A stretch of DNA of 45,631 bases from a virus (IMGVR_UViG_3300037755_000412:1-45631), one strand, 5' to 3'; shown: positions 7,708 to 17,045, numbered from the stretch's first letter. Notes: generated by a model not told the origin, from the letters alone. Made by a program: numbers and translations.

Positions 7708-8892
7708 CTACACCACTGCCCCGTTCTGGGTCCGGACCGCATAGACCATGTAGTCGTTGAGGACGATGTCGTTGGCGTCCACCCCGATCGCAAACAGCGT
7801 CAGCGTCTGGTTCGACGCCCACGCCACTGTCCCCATCGTCGCGTACGTCATGTAGGCCACCGGGGCGCCCGCCGTGGTCACCCCGGCCTCCATCGTGCCC
7901 CGGATCGAGGCTGTGGTAGCCGTGCGCCGCGTGATCACGAACCGGAACGGCACCATGTGCGCCGCCACGTTCGCGGACGACGACCAGACCGTCACCTTCG
8001 TCCCTGCACTGGCAAGCTGGATTTTCAGGGCCTTCGCGTTCGCGTTCGCCGCAGCCGTCAGCACTCCCTCGAGCACGAGAGCGTTTCCGGCCGTCGCGAG
8101 GTAGTTCGCCGGGATGAGCACGCTGTAGTTCGTGAGCTCGGTATCGCCGCTGCCAGCGGCGTTTGCTTGCCCCGTGCCGAACGCGATGGTACGCAGCCCG
8201 GCCTTCGTCCACAGCGGTGGCGAGCTCAGCGGGAAGACAAGGGAAGTGGACGAGTCTGCGAAGGCGATCGGGTACGGCATCTCGAAGTCGGCTTCCGCGC
8301 TCGGGGCCGGCGTCTCCAGGGCGCCGCCGGTGTCGCTCACGTAGTAGATCACGCCCGGCGTGAGCGGGCCAGCCACGACGAGGCGGCCACCGCGACGGAC
8401 CGTGATCGCCGCCCCGGTCGCCGCCCCGGCCAGCACGAAGCCCCATGCAGGAGCATCCGCAGACTCGGCCAAGGTGAAGTTGGACGTCAGATACCAGCGC
8501 CCTGCGGTCCCCAGCGTGCCGTCCTCGAGATAGACGAGGGCGCCCGCTGTTACCGTCTCGCCGGCCACGCCCGCGATGTCGACGTTGGAGCCGCCCGTGG
8601 GGACCGACTGCACGCCGTCCACGGTCCACACCGGAGAGGTGGGCGGGTCCGTGTCTGTCGGGGTCGCCAGGACAAACTTGTACGTGAGCCCAGGAGTGAG
8701 GAAGATGGTCGCCCGGCCGGCGGCATCGAGGATGATCGGGTTCGCGTTCGCGGACGTCAGGTCGGCATCGGAAAACGAGTTGATCTTGGTGGTGGTGCCC
8801 GAGGCGTAGCAGAACAGCTTGTATCCAACGGCGGGATCGCCGTCGTTGGTGAGGAAGGCATGCTTGGGAAATGGCGCTATGGTACCCGACAT
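7708..8892 (-). CDS. Tail fibre/tailspike-position protein with P22-like virion-attachment N-terminus
   Basis: F....GDP..GYKLF.Y.SGTTT....FSD..LT.ANANPIILDAAGRA.IFL...YKFVL; last gene of the late operon. Confidence 0.82.
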   Translation of the reverse strand: MSGTIAPFPKHAFLTNDGDPAVGYKLFCYASGTTTKINSFSDADLTSANANPIILDAAGRATIFLTPGLTYKFVLATPTDTDPPTSPVWTVDGVQSVPTGGSNVDIAGVAGETVTAGALVYLEDGTLGTAGRWYLTSNFTLAESADAPAWGFVLAGAATGAAITVRRGGRLVVAGPLTPGVIYYVSDTGGALETPAPSAEADFEMPYPIAFADSSTSLVFPLSSPPLWTKAGLRTIAFGTGQANAAGSGDTELTNYSVLIPANYLATAGNALVLEGVLTAAANANAKALKIQLASAGTKVTVWSSSANVAAHMVPFRFVITRRTATTASIRGTMEAGVTTAGAPVAYMTYATMGTVAWASNQTLTLFAIGVDANDIVLNDYMVYAVRTQNGAVV

Positions 8893-8920
8893 GTTCTATC
8901 GCCTTTCGCGGGAGGCCCGC

Positions 8921-9184
8921 TTGCCTGACTTCGAGCTGCTCTTTTCGCTGGCCGGGCGCGCGGGACTGATCTGCGCGTACCTGTACCTCTGCTGGGGACT
9001 GACTCGCGATTTCTGGGCTTGGTTCTGGCTGCTCAGTTTCCTGGGTCTGCCACCAGACCTCCAAGTGCTGGCCCTGGCTTGTCTCCACCTATGGGCACTC
9101 AAGAGCGACCGCGAGACGCGCGCAAAACAGACCGCCGACATCAAGAGCACCGCATCGTTCTTCGGTCCACGTCCCGTACCGTGA
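8921..9184 (+). CDS. Small membrane protein on the opposite strand (superinfection-exclusion candidate)
   Basis: GGAGG 6 nt before TTG 8921; hydrophobic Trp/Leu-rich segments; fills the gap between ejection and tail genes. Confidence 0.6.
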   Translation: MPDFELLFSLAGRAGLICAYLYLCWGLTRDFWAWFWLLSFLGLPPDLQVLALACLHLWALKSDRETRAKQTADIKSTASFFGPRPVP

Positions 9185-9185
9185 C

Positions 9186-10328
9186 TCACTGGCCTAGCAT
9201 CCTGGCAAGGTCAGCCGAGGCATCTTCGCCGCTCGGCTTCGTGTAGACCGTCGCTGGGTGTGCCTGGCGCCGAGCCAGCATCAGCCGTATCTGTGAGGCG
9301 ACTTCCTTCGGCTGCTCCTTGAGCCATGCCTGAATCACCTTCCGTTCCGCCGGACTCGTTGCCGTCTGCTGGATCTTCAAGACGATGTTCTGCAGTTCCG
9401 CTGCCGAGGGCGGCTCTGGGACGCTTGCGGCGACCGGCGCCGGGCGGGGCGGGGATGCCGAAGCCGATGGCGTAGCCGGCATCGTCGCGTCCGGACTTGG
9501 AGCTGGCGGCGCTGCTGGGGCAGGCCTCGGGGCTGGCGGTGCCTTCCCCTCGAGACGCTGGCGCAGGAGCTGGTTTCGCTCTTCGGCAACCGCGATACGG
9601 CGCTCGGCAAGCTTCTGCGCGGCCTCGCGTGCTGCGCGCTTCTCGGCCAACTGCGCCAGCTTCACTTCTATGGCCTTGGCCGCCTCGGGGCCAGACAGAC
9701 CCTTGGCTGCAACCGTGGCCGCCTTCTGCTCAGCTGCCGGCAAGAGACGCTCGAGGAACTGCACGACAGCCCCGCCCCTGCCACCACCAGCACCTACCAT
9801 CCTGGCAATGAAGGCCGGCCCCTTGATCGGACCCCCGATCGATCCCACGGCACCGCCGACCGCTCCAAGAACGTTGGATGTGCCAGCCGGAAGCCCAGCC
9901 GCCTCAAGTCCGGTGCCGATGCCACGCCCTGCAAATCCTCCAGCAGCGCCACCGACCATGCTCAGTGCGGCGCCCCTCAGAAGTGGCACCACGCCAGCAC
10001 CAGCTCCCGCCCCGGCACCAAGTACGCTCGCCTGCAGCGCCGCCCGGTTCGCGACGTCTCCCGCCGTCGCGTTCGGGTCCGCAAAAGAGCCGCCCTCTCC
10101 GCTCATCCCGGCCAGGGCAGAGTCCGTGAACACGTTCCCGGTGCTCTCGGGACCGAACCCGTCGTTCGCCACAGGCGCCGAGCTCCGGGCCTGCGCCCCA
10201 GCCGTCGCGCCCTCGGTCATCCTCGAGCGAGCCACGTACAGCCGCGCCGCCGACTCCGCGCGCTTGATGTTCGGAGCCTCTACCTCGAACGTCTTGCCGG
10301 CGGCCTCAACCTCGTAGATCGCCATCAC
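9186..10328 (-). CDS. DNA ejection/internal virion protein
   Basis: MAIYEVEAAGKTFEVEAP N-terminus, Gly/Ala-rich hydrophobic middle, P22 ejection-gene position. Confidence 0.65.
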   Translation of the reverse strand: MMAIYEVEAAGKTFEVEAPNIKRAESAARLYVARSRMTEGATAGAQARSSAPVANDGFGPESTGNVFTDSALAGMSGEGGSFADPNATAGDVANRAALQASVLGAGAGAGAGVVPLLRGAALSMVGGAAGGFAGRGIGTGLEAAGLPAGTSNVLGAVGGAVGSIGGPIKGPAFIARMVGAGGGRGGAVVQFLERLLPAAEQKAATVAAKGLSGPEAAKAIEVKLAQLAEKRAAREAAQKLAERRIAVAEERNQLLRQRLEGKAPPAPRPAPAAPPAPSPDATMPATPSASASPPRPAPVAASVPEPPSAAELQNIVLKIQQTATSPAERKVIQAWLKEQPKEVASQIRLMLARRQAHPATVYTKPSGEDASADLARMLGQ

Positions 10329-11599
10329 TTCTTCTCGCGGATGCGGATGCCGCCAGAAAGTTCGGTCCAGCCCCCAGGGGCGCCAGAAGAGCCGCGCTTC
10401 GGCCGAGGCTCGCCATAGAACTCCTCGTAAGCCTTCCCCGCCGCATACTGAAGCCCCTCGAGAACAACAGCACGTTCGCGCTGCTTCTGTTCGATCGTCT
10501 TCTTGCTGTCTCCGGGCTGCGCGAAGTACGTTTTGGAGTCGTTCTCGTACTCATGCACAGGAATCGCAGCACCAGACTCCTTGCGAAGCCTCGCCTCAGT
10601 GAATGCGCGCTGAGCCTGCCGGTACGCTTGCTGCTCCTCTGTCTGGAGGACGTTCGGCGCATGCTGGAGTTGGAGTTGACCCGCAAGCCCGGTGCTCGCT
10701 ACCTTCTCCTCAACAGGAGCGATGTCCTCGAGCGCCTGGCGAGCCCGGTTGTAGTAGGCGAGCGACTGACGCTCGGCGCCCGTGACGGCTCGCGCCGCCT
10801 GCGCGGCAGGCTTTCCGACCGCCTCCGACTCGCGCACCCACACAGGCACACCATCCGGCCCCATGACTTGAACAAGCCGCTCTTCCTTCGGCGCTGCCGG
10901 CTCTTTTGGCGCTGCCGGCAGGGAAGCGATCGGCTTGCCCGAGGCGTCGAAGCGCGTCTGACCCGGCGAAAGCTCGAAGCCGGGCTCGGGCTTGACCATC
11001 TTCGTGGGGTTGAACTCCTCATGCAGCTGGTCGAGGCCCGCAAGGATCTCCGGCGTCAGTTGGGAAAGGTCCGCCCCGGGCAGGAACTTCTCGGCGCCCT
11101 TCTGCAAAGCCGGCGCGAGCTCGGGCCACTTCTGAGCCAGGTACTCCGGACCGAACATCTGCTTCGTCCGCCACAGCGACTCCGTGGTCTGCTTGAAGTC
11201 CTCGAATGTCGCTTCCGGCTTCTGCAGGTTCTGAAGCGAGGCAACGCCCTTCGTGAACTCCAGCGCCGCCTGAGGCCCCACGGCCACCGCGAGCTTGCGG
11301 TAGGTGTCCATCGGCTTCGCTGGATCGAACGCCCCGATGGCTTCCTCGAACATCATCTGACGCTGTTCCGCCGCCTTCTGCTGCTTCTGCTCCTCCTTGT
11401 GCTGCGCGTACCCCTGCACCGCCTGACCCGCGATCTGCCCGAGCTGGCCGACCGCGTTGCCCCAGATCTCTCCAGACCGTGCAGCACCAGCCGCCGCGAT
11501 GTCACCCTGCCGCGTCAGCAGCTGCGCGATGTTGTCGGCGTACCTCGGCGTGTAGAGGCTCTTGGGCGCGTACGGCATCGAAGGAATCGGAGGAGGCAT
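10325..11599 (-). CDS. DNA ejection/internal virion protein
   Basis: FELSPGQTRFD..GKPIA and Q.YRQAQRAFTEARLRKESGAAI...EY....KTYF.QPGDS motifs typical of podovirus ejection proteins. Confidence 0.75.
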   Translation of the reverse strand: MPPPIPSMPYAPKSLYTPRYADNIAQLLTRQGDIAAAGAARSGEIWGNAVGQLGQIAGQAVQGYAQHKEEQKQQKAAEQRQMMFEEAIGAFDPAKPMDTYRKLAVAVGPQAALEFTKGVASLQNLQKPEATFEDFKQTTESLWRTKQMFGPEYLAQKWPELAPALQKGAEKFLPGADLSQLTPEILAGLDQLHEEFNPTKMVKPEPGFELSPGQTRFDASGKPIASLPAAPKEPAAPKEERLVQVMGPDGVPVWVRESEAVGKPAAQAARAVTGAERQSLAYYNRARQALEDIAPVEEKVASTGLAGQLQLQHAPNVLQTEEQQAYRQAQRAFTEARLRKESGAAIPVHEYENDSKTYFAQPGDSKKTIEQKQRERAVVLEGLQYAAGKAYEEFYGEPRPKRGSSGAPGGWTELSGGIRIREKK

Positions 11600-11603
11600 G
11601 GTC

Positions 11604-12512
11604 CTATCCGTAGTAGGGCGGCGTCGGCGCCGGCTGGTTCAAGAGCCCGTAGATGTTGTTCTCGCGCTGCAGGTACTTCGACAGGTCCCCACCGTAGACC
11701 GTGCTCCAGGAGCCGTACTGCGGCGCAAACGCGTCCTTCTGCCCCTGGTACTGAGCGCCCCAGGTGGACAGGCCGCGGTTGTAGATGTTCTGGTACTCCT
11801 GAGACGCCGCCCCCTGGCCCCAGTCGAGAATGTCCTTCAGCGTCCCCGAGGTACGAAGGACACCGCGCGCCGAAGCAGAACGCTCGAGCGCGTCCTGGCC
11901 CTCCTTGACCCGGAACAGGTAGGACGGGTCCGTCGTCGTGTCGCCCGGCAGCGGGGGCTTGAACGGGTCGTACTGGAACGCCGGGGCGCCGCCGAATCCC
12001 GTCGTGGCGCCGCCGTAGCCTCCACCGCCGCCGCCAAAGCCGCCGCCACCTCCACCACCACCGCCCCCAGCAGTGGACGCCTCACCCGTCGCCCAGCCCT
12101 GAGCCCGGCTCTGGGCGCCGCTCTCAGTGGGCTTGTCCACCAGGTCGCCGGCTTCGTTGCGGAAGCCACCGGCCGCGACGTCCCAGCTGGAGGCGATCCA
12201 CGCGGCAAGCTGACGGTCTTCGTAGCGGAGATAGTCCTCACTCCTCCCTGCGCCCCAAGCGCGCAGCTCCGCGGGCGTAGGCTTCCGCTGCCCGAGCCAC
12301 GCGCTCGACGGCTCGCCCCCTGTCGCGACCTTACCGCCGTAGGTGTCGCCACCGCCCTGGAGGTACGTGCCGGAGTGGGAGAGGGCCCGCGGATCACCAG
12401 CCGCCTCCGAAGCGTTCGCCCAGGCGAGGATGTCTGCTCCGGAGGCCTGGACGGCCTGCTGCTCGGAAGCCGGGATCGAGTTGAAGTAGGCCTGAGCCTG
12501 TTCGCGTGTCAA
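11604..12512 (-). CDS. DNA transfer/ejection protein
   Basis: DPSYLFRVKEGQDALERSASARGVLRTSGTLKDILDWGQGAASQEYQNIYNR is a hallmark of P22-like DNA transfer proteins; TTG start with GAGGG RBS. Confidence 0.8.
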   Translation of the reverse strand: MTREQAQAYFNSIPASEQQAVQASGADILAWANASEAAGDPRALSHSGTYLQGGGDTYGGKVATGGEPSSAWLGQRKPTPAELRAWGAGRSEDYLRYEDRQLAAWIASSWDVAAGGFRNEAGDLVDKPTESGAQSRAQGWATGEASTAGGGGGGGGGGFGGGGGGYGGATTGFGGAPAFQYDPFKPPLPGDTTTDPSYLFRVKEGQDALERSASARGVLRTSGTLKDILDWGQGAASQEYQNIYNRGLSTWGAQYQGQKDAFAPQYGSWSTVYGGDLSKYLQRENNIYGLLNQPAPTPPYYG

Positions 12513-12679
12513 CTGGTCACCCTCGCTTCTCGACGTGCCCTGATAGCGGCCGCCGCACGCTTGGCGACGTTGTAGCGGCAGCAGTCACCGATCAGGCGCC
12601 CGCACATGTGGCACATCTTCGTGACCATAGCGGGCTTCCGGCAGACACCGCAGATGCCTGCCACGGGCTCGCTACGCAC
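12509..12679 (-). CDS. Small Zn-finger-like protein inserted among ejection genes
   Basis: CGVC..CHMC..CC; stop overlaps the TTG of the next gene. Confidence 0.55.
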   Translation of the reverse strand: MRSEPVAGICGVCRKPAMVTKMCHMCGRLIGDCCRYNVAKRAAAAIRARREARVTS

Positions 12680-13121
12680 CGTAGAGCCCCTGAGATTCCC
12701 AGTCGTTCCACTTCCCGGGCTGGGCCCCGCGGCCGAGGATGTCCGCCACGGTCTGGCCCCCCTGTGCGGCTGCGCCAATCGCGTTCGCCGTACGCGGGTC
12801 CACCCGGCCGCCGCCCATGAGTGACGGAGCGGCCGAGGGGGACTGCATCGGAGGCGCCTGCATTCCGGACACGTCCACACCGTACCGCTGCAGGAGCGCC
12901 ATGCGCTGGTCATTCCATGCGTTCCACTGAGCCTTCCAGAGTTCCGTAGCCTTGTCGTGCTCAGCACGGCGAGCGGTCTCCTGCTCCTTGGTGTAGGCCA
13001 GAGCTTCGGTGTTCGCCTTGCTCGAGGCATCCGTCGCCTTGTTCGAGGCGCGGCTGTTGAGTGCGGCGCCGCCAAGAGTACCAGCGGCCGCGATTCCTGC
13101 GGCGATCACAACAGGGGGCAT
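12672..13121 (-). CDS. Ejection protein, P22 gp7-like N-terminus
   Basis: MPPVVIAAGIAAAGTLGGAALNSRASNKA..A....ALAY; GGAGG RBS. Confidence 0.72.
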   Translation of the reverse strand: MPPVVIAAGIAAAGTLGGAALNSRASNKATDASSKANTEALAYTKEQETARRAEHDKATELWKAQWNAWNDQRMALLQRYGVDVSGMQAPPMQSPSAAPSLMGGGRVDPRTANAIGAAAQGGQTVADILGRGAQPGKWNDWESQGLYGA

Positions 13122-13122
13122 A

Positions 13123-13497
13123 TCAGTGTCCTCCCACGGGCATCGAATAGAACCGCAGCGGCAGCGGATTGCCGCCACAGCGTCGAATCAGCCCGTCCAT
13201 CGTATCGTCACCGTCCGCGGCGCCGCCGACCACCCAGCTTTCGTCACGCACACCAGCTAGGGCCATCGCCTGCCGGTAGAGGTCCCACGCCACCATCCGC
13301 CCGCGGTACTCCGGCTTGACCCAGAGGCCCTCGAGATGCGTCACCCGCAGCGCCGACAGCATCCCGACGATCTCCCCGGCGTCATCCTCAACCACGATGA
13401 TCGCGATGTTCTGCGGCGCCACGAACGGCAGCAGCGAAGGCATCTCGTTGATCGGGACTCGGCCCCACTCATCCGGCCTGAGAATCCGCGTCTTCAT
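13123..13497 (-). CDS. GNAT-fold protein (P22 gp14 position)
   Basis: IIVVEDDAGEIVG...HLEGLWVKPEYRG acetyl-CoA-binding-like motif. Confidence 0.78.
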   Translation of the reverse strand: MKTRILRPDEWGRVPINEMPSLLPFVAPQNIAIIVVEDDAGEIVGMLSALRVTHLEGLWVKPEYRGRMVAWDLYRQAMALAGVRDESWVVGGAADGDDTMDGLIRRCGGNPLPLRFYSMPVGGH

Positions 13498-13988
13498 GCC
13501 CTCAGCCTTTCCAGCGTCAGCGCGAGCCCGTACTTCATCGCACTCGCCGCGTTCGATGCGTACGTCGTCGCGTAGGTCACATCCGTCCCGGCGTCCACCA
13601 TGATCAGCACGTCCGCGCTCTGATACGTCGCCGTCGTGTTCCCCGTGATCGCGGCCCCCGTCAGCGTCTTCGCCACCCCTCCATCCGTCCAGGCGATCGC
13701 CACCGTGAGGCTGCTCGAGACGCCTGCCGCCGTTGTGATCCGAGCCAGGTACGATGCCCGATAGAGCCCCGCCGGCAGCACCGCGAGCGAGAAGTCCGTT
13801 GCGCTCAAGCTGGTGCTCTGCTCCGTGAGCTCCGTCACGTTCACGATGTTCGGGATAGAGTGAAGCGTCGGAGAGAGGTAGACGAACCAGTCCTGCCACT
13901 TCGGGCTCAGCAATCCCGTCACGCGGTTGACGACGGCGTCCATGAGCGGCGCCGGCTGGCCGATGCCGAGAAACTTCTTGATCGCCAT
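13494..13988 (-). CDS. Tail accessory/needle-position (gp26-like) virion protein
   Basis: LLSPKWQDWF N-terminal motif and beta-rich C-terminus; directly after gp10. Confidence 0.6.
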   Translation of the reverse strand: MAIKKFLGIGQPAPLMDAVVNRVTGLLSPKWQDWFVYLSPTLHSIPNIVNVTELTEQSTSLSATDFSLAVLPAGLYRASYLARITTAAGVSSSLTVAIAWTDGGVAKTLTGAAITGNTTATYQSADVLIMVDAGTDVTYATTYASNAASAMKYGLALTLERLRA

Positions 13989-14473
13989 CAGGAGCCGCCC
14001 TCATTCGCCTTGAGGTACGCTCCAACCACCTTCCACTGCACCGGATCGGTGACGCTGACCTCGAACACGCGGCGGCGCCCGGAGCCGAGACGGTTCCACC
14101 GCACGCGCCTCGAGAACTCGCCCGTCCTCCCGGCGGATCGCCACTGCTCCGTGATCCACGTCCGGCCGCCATCGTTGCTGATCCGCAGCATGACCCTCGG
14201 ATCGGCGCCCGGGTACTCGGAGTAGGCCGGCGTCGGCTGCGTCCATTCCGCAACTTCCGAACCCACATACACCAGATCCTGAAACGAGAGATCCCCGAGC
14301 GGGCTCGTAGCCGTCAGCGTGACGACGTAGGTCCCATCGGTCGAGTACGTGTGCGTCGGGTTCTGCGAGGCAGACGTGTCCCCGTCCCCGAACATCCAAG
14401 CCCAGGCGGTCGTGTCTGGACTCGAGATGTCCGTGAAATCGATCGTCAGCGGCGCGACTCCAGAAATCGGCAT
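13988..14473 (-). CDS. PKD domain fused to the C-terminal segment of a P22 gp10-like tail hub
   Basis: SGVAPLTIDFTD..WAWMFGDGDTSASQNPTHTY...GTYVVTLT (PKD), then DPRVMLRISNDGGRTW...GRTGEFSRRVRWNRLG..RRRVFEVSVTDPV. Confidence 0.85.
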   Translation of the reverse strand: MPISGVAPLTIDFTDISSPDTTAWAWMFGDGDTSASQNPTHTYSTDGTYVVTLTATSPLGDLSFQDLVYVGSEVAEWTQPTPAYSEYPGADPRVMLRISNDGGRTWITEQWRSAGRTGEFSRRVRWNRLGSGRRRVFEVSVTDPVQWKVVGAYLKANEGGS

Positions 14474-14481
14474 TCAGTCCC

Positions 14482-16338
14482 TCACGGGGGGCACTGCATT
14501 TCGCCAGCCGTCCAGTCCTCGGCCGGAGACGAGACCACATGTCCGGTAGCGGTGTGGGTGACCCACAGCTTGGCTTGGGAGCCTTCAGAGAAAATCGATT
14601 CCAAGAACGGTGACTGCTCTGTTGATGTGGCCGCCGGGCTTTCCTCTGATGTGGCGTTGTTCCAGAACTTCCAGAAATACGTCAGGCCCGAGTTGCAGGA
14701 GGACCCCACCAGATCGGGAGTGAACTGCACATCGAAGAGAGCCGGAGCGCCAACCTCGACGGCTACCGCACACCAGTTTGGGTCATAGACCGCGAGGGTC
14801 GGGTCCAGAACCAACGGTGTGGGCGGACTGTTTGTGTCGGTTGCGGAACCGCACAGCGGAATGCCGCCTACTATTGCGGTAGCGGTGACGACAACCTCCC
14901 CAGCCGGGACGCCGTCGATTTCGTACTCTCCGTTTTCGTCGGTGGTGACTTCTATCGGCCAGTCCTCTCCATCCACCGTGACGATGATCTCCGCGTCCGG
15001 AACCGGATCACCGCCATAGGTCACGGTCCCGGAGACGACAGCCACCTGAGCCTCCATCGTGAATCCGACGATGCCATGATCCACGCCGACCCCGGGCTCC
15101 AGGTCAAGCTCCAACTCGGAGTAGAAGACTCGCTTGTTCTCGTTCGAGAGGGCCGGCGCCCGGCGCATTCGGCGGATCATCCTGCCGTCTACGTCGCGCA
15201 CCAGGTCGGCGGACATCCGGTATAGGTTCCCGTTCGAGGCGTCGAGCATCCGGTGCTCGCCGAAGGCGTAGGCGTAGAACCGCGGGCGCCAGCTCGTGTA
15301 TCTGTTTTCCTCGGGGAGCCATGTCCCCCGCTCGTGCCATGTTTCCGAGGCGCTGTCCCAACAGTGCGTGACACCGTCGTTGTCGAAGTTGATCAGGTAG
15401 AACGAGTGGCCAGCATCGGAGTAGCTGTCCGCCACGGCGTTGTTCAGGCTCAAGTACGACTGCATTTTGCTGTCGAGCGGGAACGTCGAGATGGTCTGGG
15501 GCTGCAAGCCGGACGCCTTTACCACGCAGACCTTCCCGTCCCGGTTGAGCGACAGCCAGTAGATATCGTCGCCGAGCGTCTCGGCCGAGAAGGGCGCCGC
15601 GATGCCGTAGCCGATGAGCTGATTGGCGAGCGGGGACAGTGGAAAGCGGTCGCCTGTGTTGTACCAGACTTCCGTCGTCTCCTCGCCGTACAGCCATGCT
15701 GCACGCCCGGCGATCTTCATGGACTTCCACTTGTCCGGGCCGAGCGACCGCTTGGCGAACGTGCCCCCGGTGTCCCATGTCGTGCCGTCGTAGAGGGCCG
15801 ACACGTAGAGAGTCGAGGTGTCCGTGTCCAGAGCCAGAAAGTACCCGTCGAGATGTCCTCCAAAATGAGCCTTGCCGTCGAGCGCTGCGATCTTGTTCAG
15901 CGTGTTCGCGGTCAGATCGAAGATGTATCCATTGCCTCCAGACGTGATGAACAGCTGCCCGCCACCGTCGCCGTTCCTGCAGATGGTCGCCGGCTGGCTC
16001 GTGTTCGGAAGCAGCCCATTCGCGATTGCCGTGGGCCCTTGTAGGAACATCTCGCCGTAGCGGGTAGTCGAGGTGAGAACGTTTCCGGAGCGACCGAACT
16101 CGTAGAAATAGGCGCCGAGAACGGCGAATTCACGCCCGGGGATGGCGAAGTGCGCTCGGCCTGGAGAGTCGGTCGGAATCGAGACTATGGTCTCGACGCC
16201 TGGGGTGGGAAGAAGGATGCGCTGCGACGTGGCCGCCTTCGACTGCAGGCCCTCGACGAACCAGTTGACGGTCTTCTCCACATCAGCCGTGATCGCTCGG
16301 TTCTCGTAGCTGCCTCCGATGAATCCATCAAACCTCAT
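14482..16338 (-). CDS. P22 gp10-like packaged-DNA stabilization/tail hub protein (N-terminal ~420 aa) plus Ig-like C-terminal domains
   Basis: GFIGGSY, LLPTPG, LDGYF, GEETTEVWYNTG, GIAAPFS, GHSFY.INF, WHER, IRRMRRAP, ELELDLEPGVG; then VSGTVT..G.PVPDAEI...TTDENGEYEIDGVPAG (carboxypeptidase-regulatory-like). Confidence 0.88.
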   Translation of the reverse strand: MRFDGFIGGSYENRAITADVEKTVNWFVEGLQSKAATSQRILLPTPGVETIVSIPTDSPGRAHFAIPGREFAVLGAYFYEFGRSGNVLTSTTRYGEMFLQGPTAIANGLLPNTSQPATICRNGDGGGQLFITSGGNGYIFDLTANTLNKIAALDGKAHFGGHLDGYFLALDTDTSTLYVSALYDGTTWDTGGTFAKRSLGPDKWKSMKIAGRAAWLYGEETTEVWYNTGDRFPLSPLANQLIGYGIAAPFSAETLGDDIYWLSLNRDGKVCVVKASGLQPQTISTFPLDSKMQSYLSLNNAVADSYSDAGHSFYLINFDNDGVTHCWDSASETWHERGTWLPEENRYTSWRPRFYAYAFGEHRMLDASNGNLYRMSADLVRDVDGRMIRRMRRAPALSNENKRVFYSELELDLEPGVGVDHGIVGFTMEAQVAVVSGTVTYGGDPVPDAEIIVTVDGEDWPIEVTTDENGEYEIDGVPAGEVVVTATAIVGGIPLCGSATDTNSPPTPLVLDPTLAVYDPNWCAVAVEVGAPALFDVQFTPDLVGSSCNSGLTYFWKFWNNATSEESPAATSTEQSPFLESIFSEGSQAKLWVTHTATGHVVSSPAEDWTAGEMQCPP

Positions 16339-17045
16339 CGGCCCGTGTTGATGTCGAAGTTGCCGCTGCCGCCGAGCACCGCGGCGTCAAACGACAGGTC
16401 CGACGGTCGGTAGTTGTTCCGCTTCACCGTCGCCTTCGACTCGATCGCCTCTTCCTTGAGCTCGGGATGGACGGGCCGGTCGTATGACGGAGCCAGGTCC
16501 CGAGCGAGGTTCTTCACCAGCATCCGCCGGTAGCCGGGTGGCAAGGAAATGACCTCTTCCAGGCTCGCGAACTCTGACGTCTGCTGGGGAGCGTAGAGCG
16601 CACCCTGGAGCGTCGCACTCGACGGCACCGGCCACAGCGACAGCGTCCCCAAGGGAAACGTCGGGTTGTAGTACCAGTTCGTTGGCTGCGTGGACGTGGA
16701 CGCCTTCTGAGTGATCGCCGCCCAGCCGTCATCCGTGAGTGGAGTGAGCGGAGTCTCTTGGTCCGGATCGGTGCTGGTGTCGATCAGGTTGACGTGGTCG
16801 AGGTACACCGGTCGCACCACGTTGACCGTCCCACCGGCGCCCACGGTGTAGTTCTGGGTCGCCGAGATCGTCCAAGTGGTTCGCGTGACGCGGTAGATCA
16901 GCAGGCGTTCGCCGGCCCACTGATCGACGAGGCGATTGAGTTCCTCGAGCCCGGAGTTGGCTTCGTCGGCGGTAGCTACCTCGCCAGCCGCCAGAACTCC
17001 CAGCTCTCGCAGTGCCGCGGTGACAATGTCGCGGACCTCCGCCAT
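16335..17045 (-). CDS. P22 gp4-like head-tail adaptor
   Basis: DIVTAALRELGVLAAGE......GLEELNRLVDQW, WYYNPTFPLGTLSLWPVP, ISLPPGYRRMLVKNLA.DLAP.Y. Confidence 0.85.
   Translation of the reverse strand: MAEVRDIVTAALRELGVLAAGEVATADEANSGLEELNRLVDQWAGERLLIYRVTRTTWTISATQNYTVGAGGTVNVVRPVYLDHVNLIDTSTDPDQETPLTPLTDDGWAAITQKASTSTQPTNWYYNPTFPLGTLSLWPVPSSATLQGALYAPQQTSEFASLEEVISLPPGYRRMLVKNLARDLAPSYDRPVHPELKEEAIESKATVKRNNYRPSDLSFDAAVLGGSGNFDINTGR

Noticed and set aside
7652-9088. 478-aa minus-strand ORF and other long alternative-frame or antisense ORFs (1839..3365, 10553..11908, 22110..23483, 24725..25834, 42882..43883)
   Set aside because: Arg/Pro-rich shadow ORFs caused by high-GC codon bias, overlapping well-supported genes.
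12005-12070. ccg/cca triplet run as a regulatory repeat
   Set aside because: Simply encodes a poly-Gly linker in the ejection protein.
14470-14490. Programmed -1 frameshift or simple readthrough fusing the two gp10 halves
   Set aside because: The downstream frame has its own TGA immediately before ATG 14473, and readthrough of TGA 14482 stays out of frame. Only a shift in the last few nucleotides after readthrough could fuse them.
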